Both the position numbers and the translations under genes were made by a program. DNA of 64,000 bases from Octopus vulgaris (taxonomy: Eukaryota), in the NCBI GenBank assembly GCA_951406725.2, contig OX597815.1, positions 176,266,001 through 176,330,000 on the forward strand, given 5' to 3'. Below, in pieces: positions 24,095-37,020 of this stretch. The notes under the pieces were generated by a model. That model was given only the letters and a program-made list of their open reading frames with translations, was not told the DNA's origin and ran no database searches. How positions within the stretch are numbered: position 1 is the stretch's first letter; each line of letters opens with the position of its first letter.

Positions 24095-24442
24095 CATACG
24101 TGTGGCTGTGTGGTAAGAAGCTTGCTTCCTGACCACATGGTTCTGGGTTCAGTTCCACTGCATGGCACCTTAGGCAAGTGTCTCCTACTGTTAGTGGCTT
24201 TGGTAGATGGAAACTGAAAGAAGCCCATTATATATACATATGTGTGCTTGTTTGTGATTGTTCCCCACCACTGCTTGTCAAGTTTTGTTGGTGTGTATAC
24301 ATCCCTGTAACTTAGCAGTTTGGAAAAAGAGACTGATAGAATATTATCAGGCTTTAGAAAAAGGCAAAATAAATACTGGATTGTGCCCCAGCATGGCTGC
24401 AGCCTAATGACTGAAACAAGCACAAGCCAGTGTATATATGTA

Positions 24443-24479
<37 letters not shown>

Positions 24480-24484
<5 letters not shown>

Positions 24485-24715
24485 AAAAGCACCAACGGAT
24501 CGTGGCTGCTGCCAGCTTCCCCTAACACCTGTGCCGGTGGCATGTAAAAAGCACCCACTACACTCACGGAGTGGTTGGCATTAGGAAGGGCATCCAGCTG
24601 TAGAAACACCGCCAGATCAGACCGGAGCCTGGTGCAGCCTCCTGGCTTTCCAGACCCCGGTCGAACCGTCCAACCCATGCTAGCATGGAAAACAGACGTT
24701 AAACGATGATGATGA
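24480..24715 (+). mobile_element. Family C repeat (RTE-associated 3' end with (GAT)n tail), representative of more than 12 copies
   Basis: AAAAGCACCCACTACACTC..GGCATTAGGAAGGGCATCCAGCTGTAGAAAC..CAACCCATGCTAGCATGGAAA..GATGATGAT. Recurs at ~4000, 23000, 27100, 27900, 30100, 32950, 34870, 41660, 44200, 45400, 49250 and 54560. Confidence 0.85.
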
Positions 24716-25894
24716 TATATATATACACACACACATAAACATACCAAATTCGCACACAATGTGTTGATTAGCCTGGAGATATAGTAGAAGGCATTTATCC
24801 AAGGTACTGGACAGTGAGACTGGACCTGAAGCCATGTGGTTGCAAACTGACCATCTTAACTCCATGGCCATGCCTATGCTCTCTCTCTCTCTCTCTCTCA
24901 CACACAAGCTGTTGATTATTTTGTTAATTCTAAATAATAACTGACATGTGCAGTTAAACATTTGAAGATAACTGGGATTATTTTAGGATACAACTTGCTT
25001 GTAACAGTCAGCAGAACAGACTTCTCCAGACTATATTCTTGATCTTTTCACTTATAGGTTCCTATTCTGACAGTGCGGGGGACTCCAGATACCAGGTACA
25101 ACTGAAATATAATTCACTGTCTTTTGTATTATAATACACAGTCGTGCTTTCTTTAGTGGATGGTTTCCACTAATTGGGATAGATTCTATGAGGACAGATG
25201 AAGCTGGAGGTTTTTGCTGAAAATCATGGCCATTGAGCACGAACAATTTATTATAAATTGAATAGCTGTCATTTTGTTCACACTGCTTGATAAGAAAACA
25301 AATTAAATGCAATTTAACCTTTGCATGAAACCATTAACTACGGATACTATGAAAAACTCTTTGAACTGGTGCCAATCTCAAAGGATTCTAGTCACATAGT
25401 ATATATTGAATACACCCTCAGAGCAACAAGCATTCTACACACACACACAGAGGGAGAGAGAGAGGAAGGCAGACAAACACAAAGAGTTACACTGCAAAAG
25501 AACATGGCTTTTGAATATTAAATGGAAGTAATGTTGGCTATATCAATGCAATTTGAATAGTTGAAATGCTTGGAGTGCTGCCAAACTACCAACATTCTTG
25601 AGTACTACAGTACTTATTCCCAAGAAATATTGAGAAATATCATAATACTTTCAAGCACACACAGTTTCTGATTTATATGTTTCATTAAATCTGACATTCA
25701 TGTTATTTTGCTTTCGTCAATGGCATTACCAATTGTATGTCTATAACGAAGTACATTAATGAACAAACATGCAGACCTTCAAACACCGTTGCCATGCAAA
25801 ACAAAATATTATACTGCAGCTTGCATATTATAATGACCACGAGATAATAATATTGGCCCTGAAGCATTTGAGCTGTATTTTATTACAAGCTGCC

Positions 25895-26145
25895 TCATAA
25901 AAAGCACCTGTGCCGGTGTCACATAAAAACCACTTATGATGGTGTCACATCAAAAAGCACTTGTGCTGGTGTCACATCAAAAAGCACCTATGATGGTGTC
26001 ACATAAAAACCGCCTATGATGGTGTCACATCAAAAAGCACTTGTGCTGGTGTCACATCAAAAAGCACCTACGATGGTGTCACATAAAAACTGCCTACGAT
26101 GGTGTCACATCAAAAAGCACCTGAGCTAGTGTCAAGTAAAAAGCA
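25895..26145 (+). repeat. 22-23-bp minisatellite (GGTGTCACAT(C)AAAAAGCAC..) upstream of a family C element
   Basis: About 10 tandem units. Related arrays lie at 41440-41630, 43990-44190 and 52299-52430. Confidence 0.85.
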
Positions 26146-26369
26146 CCGAGTAGACTCTGTAAAGTGGTTGGCATTAAGAAAGCCCTACAGTCACAGAAAC
26201 CATACAAAAACAGAGAATTGGAACCCAATGTCATTCTCCAGTTTGCCACTTCCAGTCGAAACTGTCCATCCCATGTCAGTTTGGAAAAGAGGTGTTAAAT
26301 AATGAGTTTCTGTACATGATGGATTGTATTTATTAGATTACAGAATATAAACAGAGTATAGCATCTTAC

Positions 26370-26595
26370 TTGTGTATCCAGTATTTGTAAAGTAAGTTTT
26401 CAAAATCTCCAGGTCCTTTACTGTTAAATTTGGCCATAATCTGTTCAAATGTAGTAATTGTCCTGCTTATAATTTTCTCCTTGGATAATTCAGGAAGAAC
26501 ATCCATTCCATTTAAGATCCTCATTTTGTTTTCTAGTTTGATGAGATCATTTATGCACATTGTTGGATTGTGATTGCTAACATTCAGTCCAGCTC
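26370..26595 (-). CDS. HLCS: HLCS exon F: GAGLNVSNHNPTMCINDLI...FNSKGPGDFENLLYKYWIH(K)
   Basis: AAG acceptor after a T-rich tract and GTAAGA donor. 226 bp, phase 1/2. Matches 'GCGFNVTNSNPTICINDLI...YYRYWVH'. Confidence 0.95.
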
Positions 26596-28513
26596 CTTCA
26601 AGAAAGAAAAGAAAAAAAACAATATATATATATAAAAATGCACCATATGCATGTGTGCATGCACACACACACACACACACACACACATCATCATCATCAT
26701 CACTTTAGCTTTTTCATGCTTGCAAGAGTTAGATGGAATTCATTGAAAAGATTTTTTTACAGTTGGATGCCCTTCCTGTTGCCAACCCTCATTTGTTTTG
26801 AAGCAAGGTAATATCTTCCTCATGGCCAGACATGTTTTTGTGGAAGGCTGGAAATGACACATTTGTATAACTGTGACACTCATAATTATTGTGACACTAG
26901 AACAAGAAGTCACAAATGAGTGTCACATACATGAATATGCCTACATACATACACACACATGCATAAGTCGTTGCCAGTGCTGCTGGACTGGCTCCTGTGC
27001 AGGTGGCACACAAAAAGCACCATTTGAGCGTGGCCATTGCCAGTACTGCCTGACTGGCCCTCGTGCCACTGGCACGTAAAAGCACCCACTACACTCTCAG
27101 AGTGTTTGGCATTAGGGAGGGCATCCAGCTGTAGAAACTCTGCCAGATCAGATTGGAGTCTGGTGCAGCCATCTGGTTCGTCAGACCTCAGTCAAATCAG
27201 CCAACCCATGCTAGCATGGAATGCAGATGTTAAACGATGATGATGATGATGATGATTATATATATATATATACATATATAGATCATGATATGCATGCGAA
27301 TGTATGTTATATATATAGATGCAATGTCAGTAACGTTCAATATCTTGAGAGAAACGTCAGGCATAAGAGGCATCAGATGTGTGCAAGAGAGATGACTGCA
27401 CTGGTCTGGCCATGTGATGTATATGGATGAGGACAGCTGCGTAAAAGAGTGCCAATCTGTAACTGTGGACAGAACCTGTGAAAAAGGTAAACCCAGGAAG
27501 ACATGGGACAAAGTGGTGGAGGATGATCTTCAAATTTAGAGCCTCACAGTGGCAAAGACTAGTGATCGAGACCTTTGGCAACATGAGCTTGAGGAGAAGA
27601 GCCATCAAGCCAGGTGAAATCGTCCTGGCTGAAGGATAGTGTCATGTAACTGGCATCCATGCAGGTGGCTCGTAAAGAGCACTGTTGGAGCATTGGACCT
27701 CACAGAGGCAAAGTGGCCAAGTCCCTTTTGAGCACTGGGCCTCATGGAGGCAAAGTGGCTGAGTTCTTTTTGCATGTTGGGCCTTGCGGAGGCAATGACC
27801 AAGACCTTTGGCATTATATGCTTGAGAAGAAGACCCATCAAGCCAAGTAAAATCACAGTATCACACAAATGGTACCCATACCAGTGGCACATAAAAGCGG
27901 CCATTACACTCTCAGAGTGATTGGCATCAGGAAGGACATCCAGCTGTAGAAAACCATGTCAAATCTGACTGGAGTCTGGTGCAGCCATCCAGCTTATCAG
28001 CACTGGTCAAGCCGTCCAACCCATGTCAGCATGGACAATGGATGTTAAATGATGATGATGATGACACACACACACACATATATGTATATATATATATATA
28101 TATATATTCTTTTATTCTTTCTTTTACTCTTTCATTTGTTTCAGTCAAAGATGGTACTAGAGCACCGCCTTTAGTTAAACAATTCAACCCCAGGACTTAT
28201 TCTTTGTAAGCCTAGTACTTATTCTATTGGTCTCTTTTGCCAAATTGCTAAATTATGGGGAGTGGGGACAAATGCAGACACTCACACACACACACACACA
28301 CACACACATACATACATACACACACACATACATACATACACACACACATATATACACGACGGGCTTCTTTCAGTTTCCCTCTACCCAATCCACTCAAGGC
28401 TTTGGTCGGCCTGAAGCTATAGTAGAAGAGACTTGTCTAAGGTGTCATGCAGTGGAACTGAACTCGGAACCATGTGATTGGAAAACAAGCTTCTAACTAC
28501 AGTTACACCTGTG

Positions 28514-28563
<50 letters not shown>

Positions 28564-30624
28564 CATATATATCATCATATATCATGATGATGATATCATC
28601 ATCAGTATTGTTTAACATCCTACTTCCATGCTGGTATGGATTAGACAGTTTGACAGGAGCTGGCCATGCTTCTGAGTGTGTTTTTTGCATGGATTTTATG
28701 GCTAGATGCCCTTCCTAACACCAACCACTCCACAGTGGGCTGAGTGCTTTCTAATACATAGGCACAGGCATGACTGTATGGTAAGGAGTTTGCTTCCGAA
28801 CCCCATGGTTCTCAGTTCAGTTCTATCCTGTGGCACATACAGTATCAGGCCAACCAAAACCTTGCGAGTGAATTTGGCAGAACTGAAACTGAATATATAT
28901 ATATATATATATTTGTGTTTGTCCCTCACTTGTCAAGTGTTGTTGGTGTGTATATATCCCTGTAACTTAGTGGTTTGGCAAAAGAGACTGATAGAATAAA
29001 TACCAGGCTTTAAAAAAAAAAGGACGGGTTGATTCATTCAATTAAAGTTTCTTCAAAGCACTGCTCCAGCATGGGCGTAGTCTAATGGCTGAAACAAGTA
29101 AAAAAATAGTAATATGACCAGAGCCATGCAACAACTTTTGCTTGGACTTGTTTTAAAAGAATTTGGGGTTTCAACCATCATATTGAACATGTGGTTATGG
29201 TATCTGGAGGGGTTGAATTTCATTACTTCTTCAATCTCAGTCACTCTGTTATATGGAATTACAGGTCATATGTTCTCCATTCATAGTGATTGGTCTGCAG
29301 ACAAAAAATATTCCTTAAGTGGTATGAAGTTTTGATAATAACACAAAAACTGCATAAGACAATAAATGGTAACAGAATTGGTGAATTTGCACAAAGACAC
29401 ACGCACACATCCATATCAGCTTTGCTTTGAAATAATTTTCAAGTATATTGTATACTAAAACAAATTCAACAATCTGTTGTTTATTGGAAGTTGATTCAAT
29501 TCACTTTGTCCCTCCCACGGAATTTGTGGCATTCTGCCAATATAACAAACAACAATAACTACAGCTGTTGATTACAATTCCTTTATTGCAAACAAATGTT
29601 TATCAGATGATCAGAATATTTAAAATCCTGTTGTAGTTGTCGAGGATTCCTTTTCTGAAGCTGGATATTCAGTGGATTACAGAACTAATGCTCGAAACTT
29701 AGGAAGAATTTGAAGATAAGAATTACATATCAGCAGACACATAAAAGAGACGAAAAAGACTGATAGAGAATGATTTTATAGCTGAACTTTGGAGAACAGA
29801 GGAATATTAAAAGTTAAGACGAATAGCAATTACAGAAGTGGGAATTCAATTAATAAAACCAAGACAAAGCTAAGATTTTACAAATTTCTTTGATATATTT
29901 TAATTGGTTTTCATTAAGGTGAGTATTGAAAGCTTGGGCGTGGAATCTAGAAAGGTGTCAAGGACGACCTGTTAAGTATTTCACAATATTCTAACAATAA
30001 TGATAAAGATATCAAGCAAGCAAAAACATTTCTTTGGCTTTGTTGTCCACATTATCATTATTTTATCATCATCATTTAATGTCCGCTTTCCATGCTAGCA
30101 TGGGTTGGACGATTTGACTGAGGACTGGCAAACCAGATGGCTGTACCAGGCTCCAATCTTGATCTGGCAGAGTTTCTACAGCTGGATGCCCTTCCTAATG
30201 CCAACCACTCCGAGAGTGTAGTGGGTGCTTTTATGTGCCACCAGCATGAGGGCCAGTCTGGCAGTATTGGCAATGGCCATGCTCAAATGGTGTTTTTCAC
30301 GTGCCACCTGCACAGGAGTCAGTCCAGCGGCATTGGCAACCTCGCTCGAATGTTTTGTTTATGTGCTACCGGCACAAGTGCCAGTAAGACAACGCTGGTA
30401 ATGATCATGCTCAAATGGTGCTTTTTACGTGCCACCTGCACGGAAGCCAGACAGCTGCTCTGGCAGTGATCCCACTTGGATGGAGCTGTTAGCGCTCAAC
30501 TGGCACGGGTGCCAGTCATTGAATTTGGTTCAATTTCGATTTCACTTGTCCCAACAGGTCTTCGCAAGCAGAGTTTAGTGTCCAATGAGTGAAGGTTTTA
30601 TAATAATAATAATAATAATGATAA

Positions 30625-32240
30625 TCCTTTCTACTATAGGCACAGGGCCTGAAATTTTTAGGGAAGGGATGAGTTAATAACATCGACCCCAGTGCATAAC
30701 TGGTACTTAATTTATTGACTCCGAAATGATGAAAGGCAAGGTCAACCTCAGCGGAATTTAATAATTTCATTTATTTTCCACAAGGGCAAAGGATGAGGGG
30801 GACAATACAGACACAGACAGTGAGGGGGTTTTCATATAATAATGAAATGGATAAGAAAAAAAAATTCTTTCTACTGGAAGCACAGGACCTAAAATTTGGA
30901 GGAGGAGATTAAGTCAATTACATTGACCCCCAGTGCATAACTGGTACTTTTTAATCGACCACAGAAGGATGAAAGGCAAAGTCGACTTTGGCGAATAATG
31001 ATGTCTCAAATTTTAGCACAAGGCCAGCAATTTTTTGAGAGAGGAAAGTCAGTTACATTGCTTTAAGTTCTTAGATGATACTTTCTTTTATCAACCCCTA
31101 AAGGATGAAAGGCAAAGTCGACCTCAGCAGGATTTGAACTCAGAAGAGTAGGAAGAAATGCTGCTAGCCATTTTCTTTCATGTGTGAAGGATTCTGTCGG
31201 CTTGCTGCCTAAATAAAAATAATGATGGTTTCACATTTTGGCACAAGATTGGTAAGTTTGGGAGAGGGGAGGGGAGTCGATTACATTGACCTCAGCACTG
31301 ATTCTTCATCTATTGAACCCAGAAAGATGAAAGGCAAAGTCGACCTCAGCAGCATTTGAACTCAGAACATAAAGATGAAATACCACAAAATATATATTGA
31401 CTACTGTGCTAATGATTCTGCCAGCTTACCCACTTCTTAATAATAATAATGATAATAATAATAAAAATAATTCTTTCTGCTGGAGGCACAAAGTTTCAAA
31501 TTAGTGAGGTGGGGATGAGTCGATTATATCAACCCCAGTGTTTCACCGGTACTTAATTTATCGACCCCGAAATGATGAGAGGTAAAGTCGATCTCAGTGG
31601 AATTTGAACTCAGAACGTAAAGACGGGTGAAATACCACTAAGCATTTCATCCAGCATGCTGATGATTCTGCCAGCTCTCTGCCTTAATATTAATAATAAT
31701 AATAATAATAATAATAAATTCTTGTTTATTGCCCACAAGGGCTAACAAAATATCAAATTAATAATAATAATAATAACAATAATAATAAATAATCCTTTCC
31801 ATTGGAAGGCAGAAGGCCTGAAATTTGGGGGAAGGGATTAAGTCGATTACATCAGCCCCAGTGCATAACTGGTACTTAATTCATCGACCCTGAAAGGATG
31901 AAAGGCAAAGTTGACCTTGGTGGAATTTGAACTCAGAACGTAAAGATGGATGAAATGCCACTAAGCCTTTTGCCCAACATGCTAACAATTCTGTCAGCTC
32001 ACCATCTTAATAATAATAATCCTTTTTTAGTAAAGACACAAAGCCTGAAATTTTAGGGAAAGGGTAAGTCAATTACATCAACCCCAGTGTGTAACTGGTA
32101 CTCATTTTATCACACCCAAAGAATGAAAAGGTAAGTTAACCCTGGGGGGAACATAAAGGTAGACAAAATGCTTAGCAGTATTTTGTCTGCCCTTATGTTA
32201 CCCCCAGGGTTAACAGTTCTTCCAGCTTGGCACCATAAAT
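30625..32240 (-). repeat. Cluster of about 8 co-oriented SINE B variants separated by (AAT)n
   Basis: Repeated GATGAAAGGCAAAGTCGACC and ACTGGTACTTAATTTAT blocks alternating with AATAAT tracts. Confidence 0.85.
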
Positions 32241-34085
32241 AATAATAACAAGCCCTCATTTTGGATCTCCTGACACTTCCTGACTCAGCTATCCTCTTCC
32301 AAAAACATGTCACATTCATACCATTCCAATATTCCCCCTAGCACACCAAAACAAGTTTTTCTTTCAGCTCAACCGTCCCTCATAATTCAAGCTCTCTAAC
32401 ATTATATACCCAGTGGAACACCATATAAGAAATATCAGATGTGGTGTGCAAGAGAGATGAATGCGCTGGTATGGTCACGTGATGCATATGGATGAGGACA
32501 GCTGTGTGAAGAAGCATCACACTCTAATGGTGAAGGGAACCTATGGAAGAGGTAGACACAGGACAAGGTGGTGTAGCATGATATTAGACCTTTGTAAATA
32601 GGCCATGCTTGGGAAGACCTGTCAAGCCAAGTCAGGTCGTAGCCAGTGTCATGTAACTGGCCCGTTGAAAGTGCTCTTCAATCATTGGGCGATGTGCTGT
32701 GCTTGTGAAGACGTGTTGAACCAAGTGATATTATTGTCATGACCGATGCCAGCTCCATCTGAGTGGCACGTAAAAAGCACCGTTTGAGCATCAGGCCTCA
32801 TGGAGGCAGTGACAATTAACCAAGACCGTTGGTGATACACCATGCTTGTGTAGAACTGTCAAGACAAGTGGGACCATAGTTGTGGTTGATGCCATTGCCA
32901 GGCCATTGGCACCCGTGCTAGTGGCACATAAAAGGCACCCACCACTCTTTTGGCGCTAGGAAAGGCATCTAGCTGTAGGAACCTGGTGCAGCCTCTTCCT
33001 CACCGGCTTATCAGTTTTCAGTCAAAACGTCCAACCCATGCCAGCATGGAAAGCAGATGTTAAATGATGATGACGATGAGGGAACAAGCTCACTTTATGC
33101 ATTATACAACTTAACCTTCATCACAATGACAATCTCTTTTATTGCCAACAGAGGTAACAACTCAAAGATTTTTTTTTACCCTGTTCTTATCCTTGTGATT
33201 ACACTTTTCAGCACCCTCCTCCACAGATGATTAGATCACCTAGGTAACAAAAAACTATCAACTAGTTCTATGGAATATTGAGCTAATGTATCCATTATCT
33301 CTTCAAACTCAAACACAATCATCTCCGCTCATTATGGAAACCAAACTGTGTCCCCTACACCTATGCCAAAATCCATTTGACATGCCCACCTTAACTCTTT
33401 CTATTTCAACTTTCCTACTGTATGTGTCTTGAAGAACATTTGCCTTGTTCACACATTTCTTGCAAACATTGACCTACAGGATCTCAAGCTAAAGATTCCA
33501 TGAACTTCATAAACTGCATAAGTCTTGAAGGACCAGGCAGTGGTGAGAGAAGAGTCTTCATCATTCTTTGACAAATTTATGAAAAGAAATACATTTCATG
33601 CTTTATTTAAGTTATCTTTCATGCAGAAACAGGGAATTCCTTATAACAAGAATAAGATTGCCAAAGAACAGAAGACAATAAAAAGTGGTTCAATGAACAA
33701 AAGCAAGGAAGAAAGAGATAAAAGAAGGATGCTGTAAAAAGATAAACCAAACAATCTATTAACTTTGTGGAAACTAGAGCTTCACAGGAAAATATGAAAG
33801 ATGAATGTGTGTGTGTGGGAGAAAAGAAATATGAAAGCAACTCAAATAAATCATGGATAGACTATAAATAAATTCAGCCTTCGAAAGCTAGAAATAACAT
33901 ATACAAAGTAGGATTTGTTACATCTGCCATGAAGTGAGGGAGAAATCTAATGTTTCAGACAGAAATTATTCCACCATGGAATGGTAAAGACTACAACGTT
34001 CAATATTCCTTCTCACATTGCACACCCACACACATTTTCTTAATTAACTCCAGCAAACACAAATAACACTAATCTGCTCATCATC

Positions 34086-34121
<36 letters not shown>

Positions 34122-34150
34122 ATATGTATATATATATATATATGTATATG

Positions 34151-34214
<64 letters not shown>

Positions 34215-34366
34215 TATGTATGTATGTATATATATGTATGTATGTATATATATATGTATGTATGTATATATATGTATGTATGTATATATATGTATGTATG
34301 TATGTATATATATGTATGTATGTATGTATATATATATGTATGTAGGTATATATATATGTATGTATA
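34086..34366. repeat. Compound (TA)/(TATG)n microsatellite
   Basis: Seen directly in the sequence. Confidence 0.95.
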
Positions 34367-34833
34367 TTATTCGCACTGTTTAGCCATCTGTATATATGTA
34401 TTATATGTGTTTATGAGAGGGATGAAGTAGGAAGAAAAAAAGGAAGGCAAGACAATTATGAATATATTGGTAAGATTATTAATTACATTTGTAACTAACA
34501 ATTTCGAACTGATGGCTATTCACCAGAATGAGTGATGTTTCACATTGCTTGAGTCCACTATACTTTACATCTCAGGAATTTTATAGTGAAATACACACAC
34601 ACGTCTGTGTGTGAGACTAGTGAAAAACAGATTTAGTTAAACTCTTTTTATAATACAATAGATTACTTAATCTTCACCCTAGTTTCACTACTTGAATGCT
34701 GTGTAGTAATCTTTACATAGAAGCTTACATAATTACTTTGAAATGCTAAATCTTTGGGAGAAAATAGTATTTCAATCCACTGCTATTTACTAACCTTAGT
34801 TGGCAGGCAGAAAAAATATGCCTCTGTGTGTGT

Positions 34834-34869
<36 letters not shown>

Positions 34870-36406
34870 TTAGGAAGGGCATCCAGCCATAGAAACATTG
34901 CCAGATCAGACTGGGCCTGGTGCAGCCTTCTGGCTTCCCAGACCCCAGTTGCACTGTCCAACCCATGCCAGCATGGAAAGCAAATGCTAAACGATGATGA
35001 TGATGATGATGATGATATATATAGAATGTGTGTATGAAGGTGTGGCTATGTGGTAAGAAGTTAGCCTTCCAGCCATATGGTTTTAGGTTCAGTCTCCCGT
35101 GTGGTAATTAAGGCCAGCTCCACTTGAGAAGGCAAAATAATCTCAAGACTCAAGAATTTTTCCAAAGGTGACATGTCATTAAGGAAAAGGACAGGCTTAG
35201 TGTCCAGAGATAAAAAGACAATTATGAACATGTTTCTGGCCCCATAGCCCTCATTAGCACAACAATCAGTGAACCTTATCTCCTGTCGCAAAAGAAGTTA
35301 AACTTATAAAAAAAAGAGTAGAAAAGTTTAAGGCCAAAGTAATTGACATAATTTAAATGAAAATGATTCTAAAAGAAATAACTCAGTGGCTAGTGTCATG
35401 TATGTAACAAGTAAATACAAGTATGTTGTTATTTGGTAATTGGGATACATCCTCTAACAGCAAAATGATATTAATAAATCTAGAATTATTTTGTTGTGCC
35501 TTGGGAGGGTAATTACACCAATAATAACACATGCACTGGTTCCCTATCACCTCTCCATTGTTAGTCAACAACCAATTTAACCAACTGACTAACAATAGAG
35601 AAGTGAAATTGAACCAATGTGTGTGTTATTATTATTGGCATAATGACCCTCTCAACACGATTTGTTTCAATACACAAATTCACATCAAGAATCTTGCAAA
35701 CCAAGTACAAAAAAAAAAAAAACGAAATCAAAATTTATGTTCCATGTTATTTGACAAACTTGTATTTGTCTCTGTTATTCAAATACTTGCAACTGACCAC
35801 TTTCAATCGTTTCTCTTGGCTCATATTTGTTTAAATTATACATACATATATCACTGTATCAACCATTGTCACCAGTGATGCTGTACATCACTGATCACAA
35901 TGTGCTTCTAACACTGTTTTAGCTTTTGAATAATGCCACCCCACCAACTAGGTGGGCTGCCACATAAACGGTACCTGTGCTGGTGCAGGAAGCACCTGTT
36001 TTGGGCAATACGATAGGCACACATCCCGGGCCACATAAAATGCAACCATGCCAGTGCCATATACAAAGCATCCATATACTGATGCCATGTGAAGACACCC
36101 AATGCACCCTGTAAAGTGGTTGGCATTAAGAAAGGCACCCAGCCTTGGGAACCCACTGAAACCAGACAGGAACCTGGGGCAGCTCTCTTGATTGACAGTT
36201 CCCATCAGACCCTCCAACTCATACCAGCACAGTAAAAGGACATTCAATGATGATGATGGTTATATAGATTTCTAGTTATGCTTCTATATATTTTTATAGT
36301 AATATATTTGTGTGGATGTGTGCACATGAGCATAGTCTAAGTGTACATACATACACATATATATATATACATATACATATAATAAATAATATATATATAT
36401 ATTATT

Positions 36407-36448
<42 letters not shown>

Positions 36449-36693
36449 AATAATATATATATATATTATTTATTATATATATATATATATACACATGCAT
36501 ATATAAGTACAGGACATCACCAATAGTGCAAATAACATGAAATATGTAAACAAACAAGTTAAATATGTAAACAACGAGAAAAAAAAAAGGAAAATAAGAC
36601 AAGTAAACACAGAGAAAGGACCCTTCATCAGTTGTCAGCTGTCTACTCCTCATTTCGAGCATTCAACGACAATATGAATCTTCAAAGACAGTT

Positions 36694-36738
<45 letters not shown>

Positions 36739-36767
36739 CTGTTCTATATTTAAAAGATGAAGAATTA

Positions 36768-37020
36768 TATACATTATTTACATTTGATGGGCATATGGCA
36801 TAGTGGTTAAGAGCACTGGCTACAAACCCCAAGATTCCAAGTTTGATTCCAAGCAGTGACCTGAATAATAATAATAACATCGAAAAATACCTTAGGAATG
36901 AGAACCCAGGTTCGAAATTTCCCCAAGACACCTGAGGAAGGATGGAGGGTATATCAGCTGAAACGTGTTAACAACAAACATGATGAGGACAAATATCCGT
37001 TAAATGTAAGTAATGTATAT
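36768..37020 (+). mobile_element. tRNA-headed element with a hammerhead-like 3' part and inverted termini
   Basis: A box TGGCATAGTGG (36796) and B-box-like GTTTGATTCC (36841). acac-CTGAGGA..GAAAC-gtgt at 36928-36968. ~22-bp terminal inverted repeats. Confidence 0.6.

Noticed and set aside
24037-24759. 240-aa ORF
   Set aside because: Read-through of SINE A, family C and (TA)n repeats, giving low-complexity YI runs.
25052-25312. Possible hAT dimerisation-domain remnant (PASSVLIE..SG..KKARL)
   Set aside because: Only a short, weak motif resemblance and no TIRs found.
34044-34430. Several overlapping ORFs
   Set aside because: Translations of a (TA)/(TATG) microsatellite.
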